Of a DNA stretch of 64,000 nt, positions 61,168 to 64,000 are shown piece after piece. Location of the stretch: assembly GCA_008632985.1 (NCBI GenBank), contig QPGO01000094.1, forward strand, positions 168,721 to 232,720, given 5' to 3'. This DNA is from Psammoneis japonica (lineage: Eukaryota). The position numbers were made by a program, and so were the translations under genes. A model generated the notes under the pieces. That model searched no databases and was not told the origin of the DNA. It worked only from the letters and a program-made list of their open reading frames with translations. Position 1 is the stretch's first letter, and each line of letters begins with the position of its first letter.

Positions 61168-64000
61168 TTACGTGGCAATCTTCCCAATTTGAGAGTTAGG
61201 TTTGTTGAACTTGATGCAATTGTCGAATACAAGCAACAAGTCATCTTGCAGTTCGACAATGTGCTGGTAAGCGGGGATTCGGTCTTCCAATATTGTTCGA
61301 TAATCCATTGGAGTTTCGATAGCCTCAAGGTACTCCGGAGCAATGTCAGGATAGGTCTCGGCAACTGGAGCTGCAAAGATGCCATCTTCGTCAGCTGTCA
61401 TCATACGCTCGAGAAAAGCGTTTGCCACAGGTGTTATGGCACGAATATCAATCTCCGGCCATCTCTTTAATTCAGACTGAGTTGGTTTTGGCGGTTGCCG
61501 TTTAGTTCTAAGCTCTGAGACTTTACGCCTCTTTGCTGCGTTCGTTTGAGCACTCACAGCTAAAGAAAAAAGCCACGAGGCAAGCAGGGTGAGAAGGTAC
61601 GTAACCGCTGTAAAACGAAACTATTTACAGATCATACCTTTGCGCTTGACTGGCGCACGGCTGGCACTGCGAGGGGACGATCGAATCACAGCGGTGCGAG
61701 TACGCATGCTACGCCTGGGAGAAGCGGCGGCTGGGGATTCCGAGGTGTCGGTTTCCCCTCCCTCCAGCATCTCTGGCTCCTCTTCCGACAATTCTTCGCC
61801 ATTGCTGGCGCTTTCGTATTCTTCGTCGTCACTGGCTACCTCGACGTAAGAATAATTCTTCATCGCTCGTCGCCTTGGCGAGCTTCGCACTGCGACGGGT
61901 TGTGCAATTCGGCCCTGTCGTGCTCTGCTGCGACTTCGCAACCTCTCGGCGGAAGTTTTTTCTTCAACGCTGGGGGGGTTGTCACCGCTACGATGACTAC
62001 CTTCATCTGAAAACTGACCGGTCTCACCATCCGATATCTGATCATCTTCACATGAGGAATCGACAAATGAACTATTATCGGAGTGCGAGGGTTCATCCTC
62101 TACAACAACGTCCTGCGAAAGTCCACTAGATCGAGTGCTTCGACCTGACACGGCAAGTACCGATTCTCTCGACAAGGCTTGAGATGAACGTGTTGTACGA
62201 CGGCTTTCATGAGAGGGACCTGCCTGAGACGAACTTTGCGAAACTGACACCGCGCCCACGGACACTGGAGGCGGTAAATTCTCGAGTGACGTAGCTCCTC
62301 CCAAACCACTTGGCAATCTTGACCGGGTGGAACGCGAACGCCTCGAGCTACGCGCATCCTCGTGGAGCTGGTGACTCTGGTTTCCCTCTAATGATGCCTC
62401 TTGGTCAGAGTCGTTGAGTTTGTATATTTCGCATTTCGCGTATTCATACATTTCCATCGCACTCTGTGATACCTCACTCGCGGCACCGTTGTATTTGATG
62501 CAATTGTCGCGAATAAGCTTAACATCTGAAAGAACGCTCAACTTGTTCGAGTAATAGCCTGTTTCTAGTCGATGCCTGATAAACGACATGTCCATTGGAA
62601 CCTCGACTCTATTCGGGTAATCTGCAGTTCGAAACAAATGACGCGGATAGAAGGTGATGTGAGACAAGAAAATAAGAAGACGCGGCAGCATAATAAAACC
62701 GGGTCTTACCCGAGTACCGACGCTCATCCACAGGATGCAAAAACCAATTTTGAACCCCATCACGCTCTTCTAAACTCCTGAGGATGCCCTTTATGTTTTT
62801 TTTACCTGCTTCGCTTATGCAAGGTGGAGGAGGGCACAGTTTTGCTCTCTCTTCCACTACCATTTCCCAGGGGCTCATAAAGGAAGTTTCGCTATCCGGC
62901 CATTGTACCTCTAACGCATCGTATCCGCTCCCACGGACATTATCACTGACATTTTCTCTCTTATTTGCGACACGAACAAGCTGTGCTCTGTACCTTTCCA
63001 TCGTCGAGTCCTCGCCCGCAGAATCGTCCGGCTGAAAATAAGTTAGAACTGGCAGTCCTTCAAATGCTTCGCCTCTATCCTTGATTGCACTTTCTAGCGT
63101 TTCCAATCTCCATCGATACAGTTGCTCCGGTATCACAAAGTCCGCGTCTAATCCTTCAAATAGACTAACCTGGAAATATCCAGAGTTTCCGTCACGGAGT
63201 GAGTGGTAAAGAAAGCAAAAGAAAATGGCGAAGCAAAGAATCATTGTACGACATACCTCGAACGTTATATTGGAAGAACGCGTGTTTGAGTTGCGCGCTA
63301 CGAAACGTGGCTTAGGCCACGGAAACATGCGATCCTGCGATATCTCTGGTATTCCCGTCACGTCAAGCGTCAAAATCGCAACAATAGAGATACATTGCGC
63401 ACCCCCGCCACTCTTATAATAGGACTCAAACGGAAACCTGTAGCGAATTTTTCGAATGGAACATCTTACGACAGGCCACGCGGAACTCCGCGGCCATTCC
63501 TGCCAAGGAGGCTTCAGCGAAGGGAAACTTTTAATCGTATCGCAATGTGCCCGAGGAATATATACCACTGAATCCCCGACTTGTGGTACATAGGTTTTTG
63601 TTCCCATGTAAGAGCTTCTACTCTCAACCCGCCGCAGCCACAGCCGCTTCACGATCCCAGAGTCGGGCAATCGAAAGAAGTGACCTGCCGAAGAATAATC
63701 TTCAACGTAAGGGCCAGAAGGGGTGTTGTTGGTACTCAGAAACTCATCGATGTCGTCATCCGATTCTGACTCATGATAAGGACCACTTAATGTATCTCGT
63801 CGTTGCTGCCTTGAAGAAGATCGCGTTGCCTGACTCACTGTTTGTCGATCATATTCCAACGAATGCTCTCGATCCCGTCGACGCCTCTCCATGCGTCTGG
63901 ACCGCGCCGATACGCGAAGTCTGGCAGATGGAGAATATTCTCTCGAGTCCTCGGAGGCGTCGTCCACGCCATCAAGACTCGAATCATCGTCACTTGAACC
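61168..64000 (-). CDS. BRWD/PHIP-like bromodomain protein, 3' part, multi-exon
   Basis: YVPQVGDSVVYIPRAH (BRWD-type motif). Two bromodomains: WFLHPVD...DYPNRVEVPMD...LIRDNCIKYN and GIFAAPV...YLEAIETPMD...VFDNCIKFN. Confidence 0.88.

Noticed and set aside
1..64000. tRNA, rRNA or a gene encoding the mutator itself
   Set aside because: No RNA gene was recognised by eye. No deaminase, DNA methyltransferase or glycosylase motif was seen, so the responsible enzyme is not identifiable in this window.

Overview
Eukaryotic nuclear DNA, most consistent with a diatom: compact genes with short GT-AG introns, a bipartite plastid-targeted protein, and a diatom-type GQVGxRC-domain protein. Ordinary host genes occupy 1-13.2 kb and 47.1-64 kb. 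These include an NF-YC-like factor, an HCF101-like ATPase, an F-box/cytochrome-b5 protein, SPT5, a SET-RRM-RS protein, a DnaJ membrane protein and a BRWD-like bromodomain protein. Between them lies a ~33 kb block bracketed by a ~560 bp direct duplication that includes the SPT5 3' end. The block holds nested Gypsy, LINE and Crypton-like relics, a young non-autonomous LTR insertion, a disrupted 4 kb ORF and a chain of host-gene fragments. The main signal is a domain-restricted hypermutation that converts TpA (and, more slowly, CpG) to TpG or CpA. It is visible directly in four independent copy-to-copy comparisons, is graded at domain edges, and runs opposite to fungal RIP. All counts were made by eye. 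Family assignments rest on recognised motifs, not database searches.
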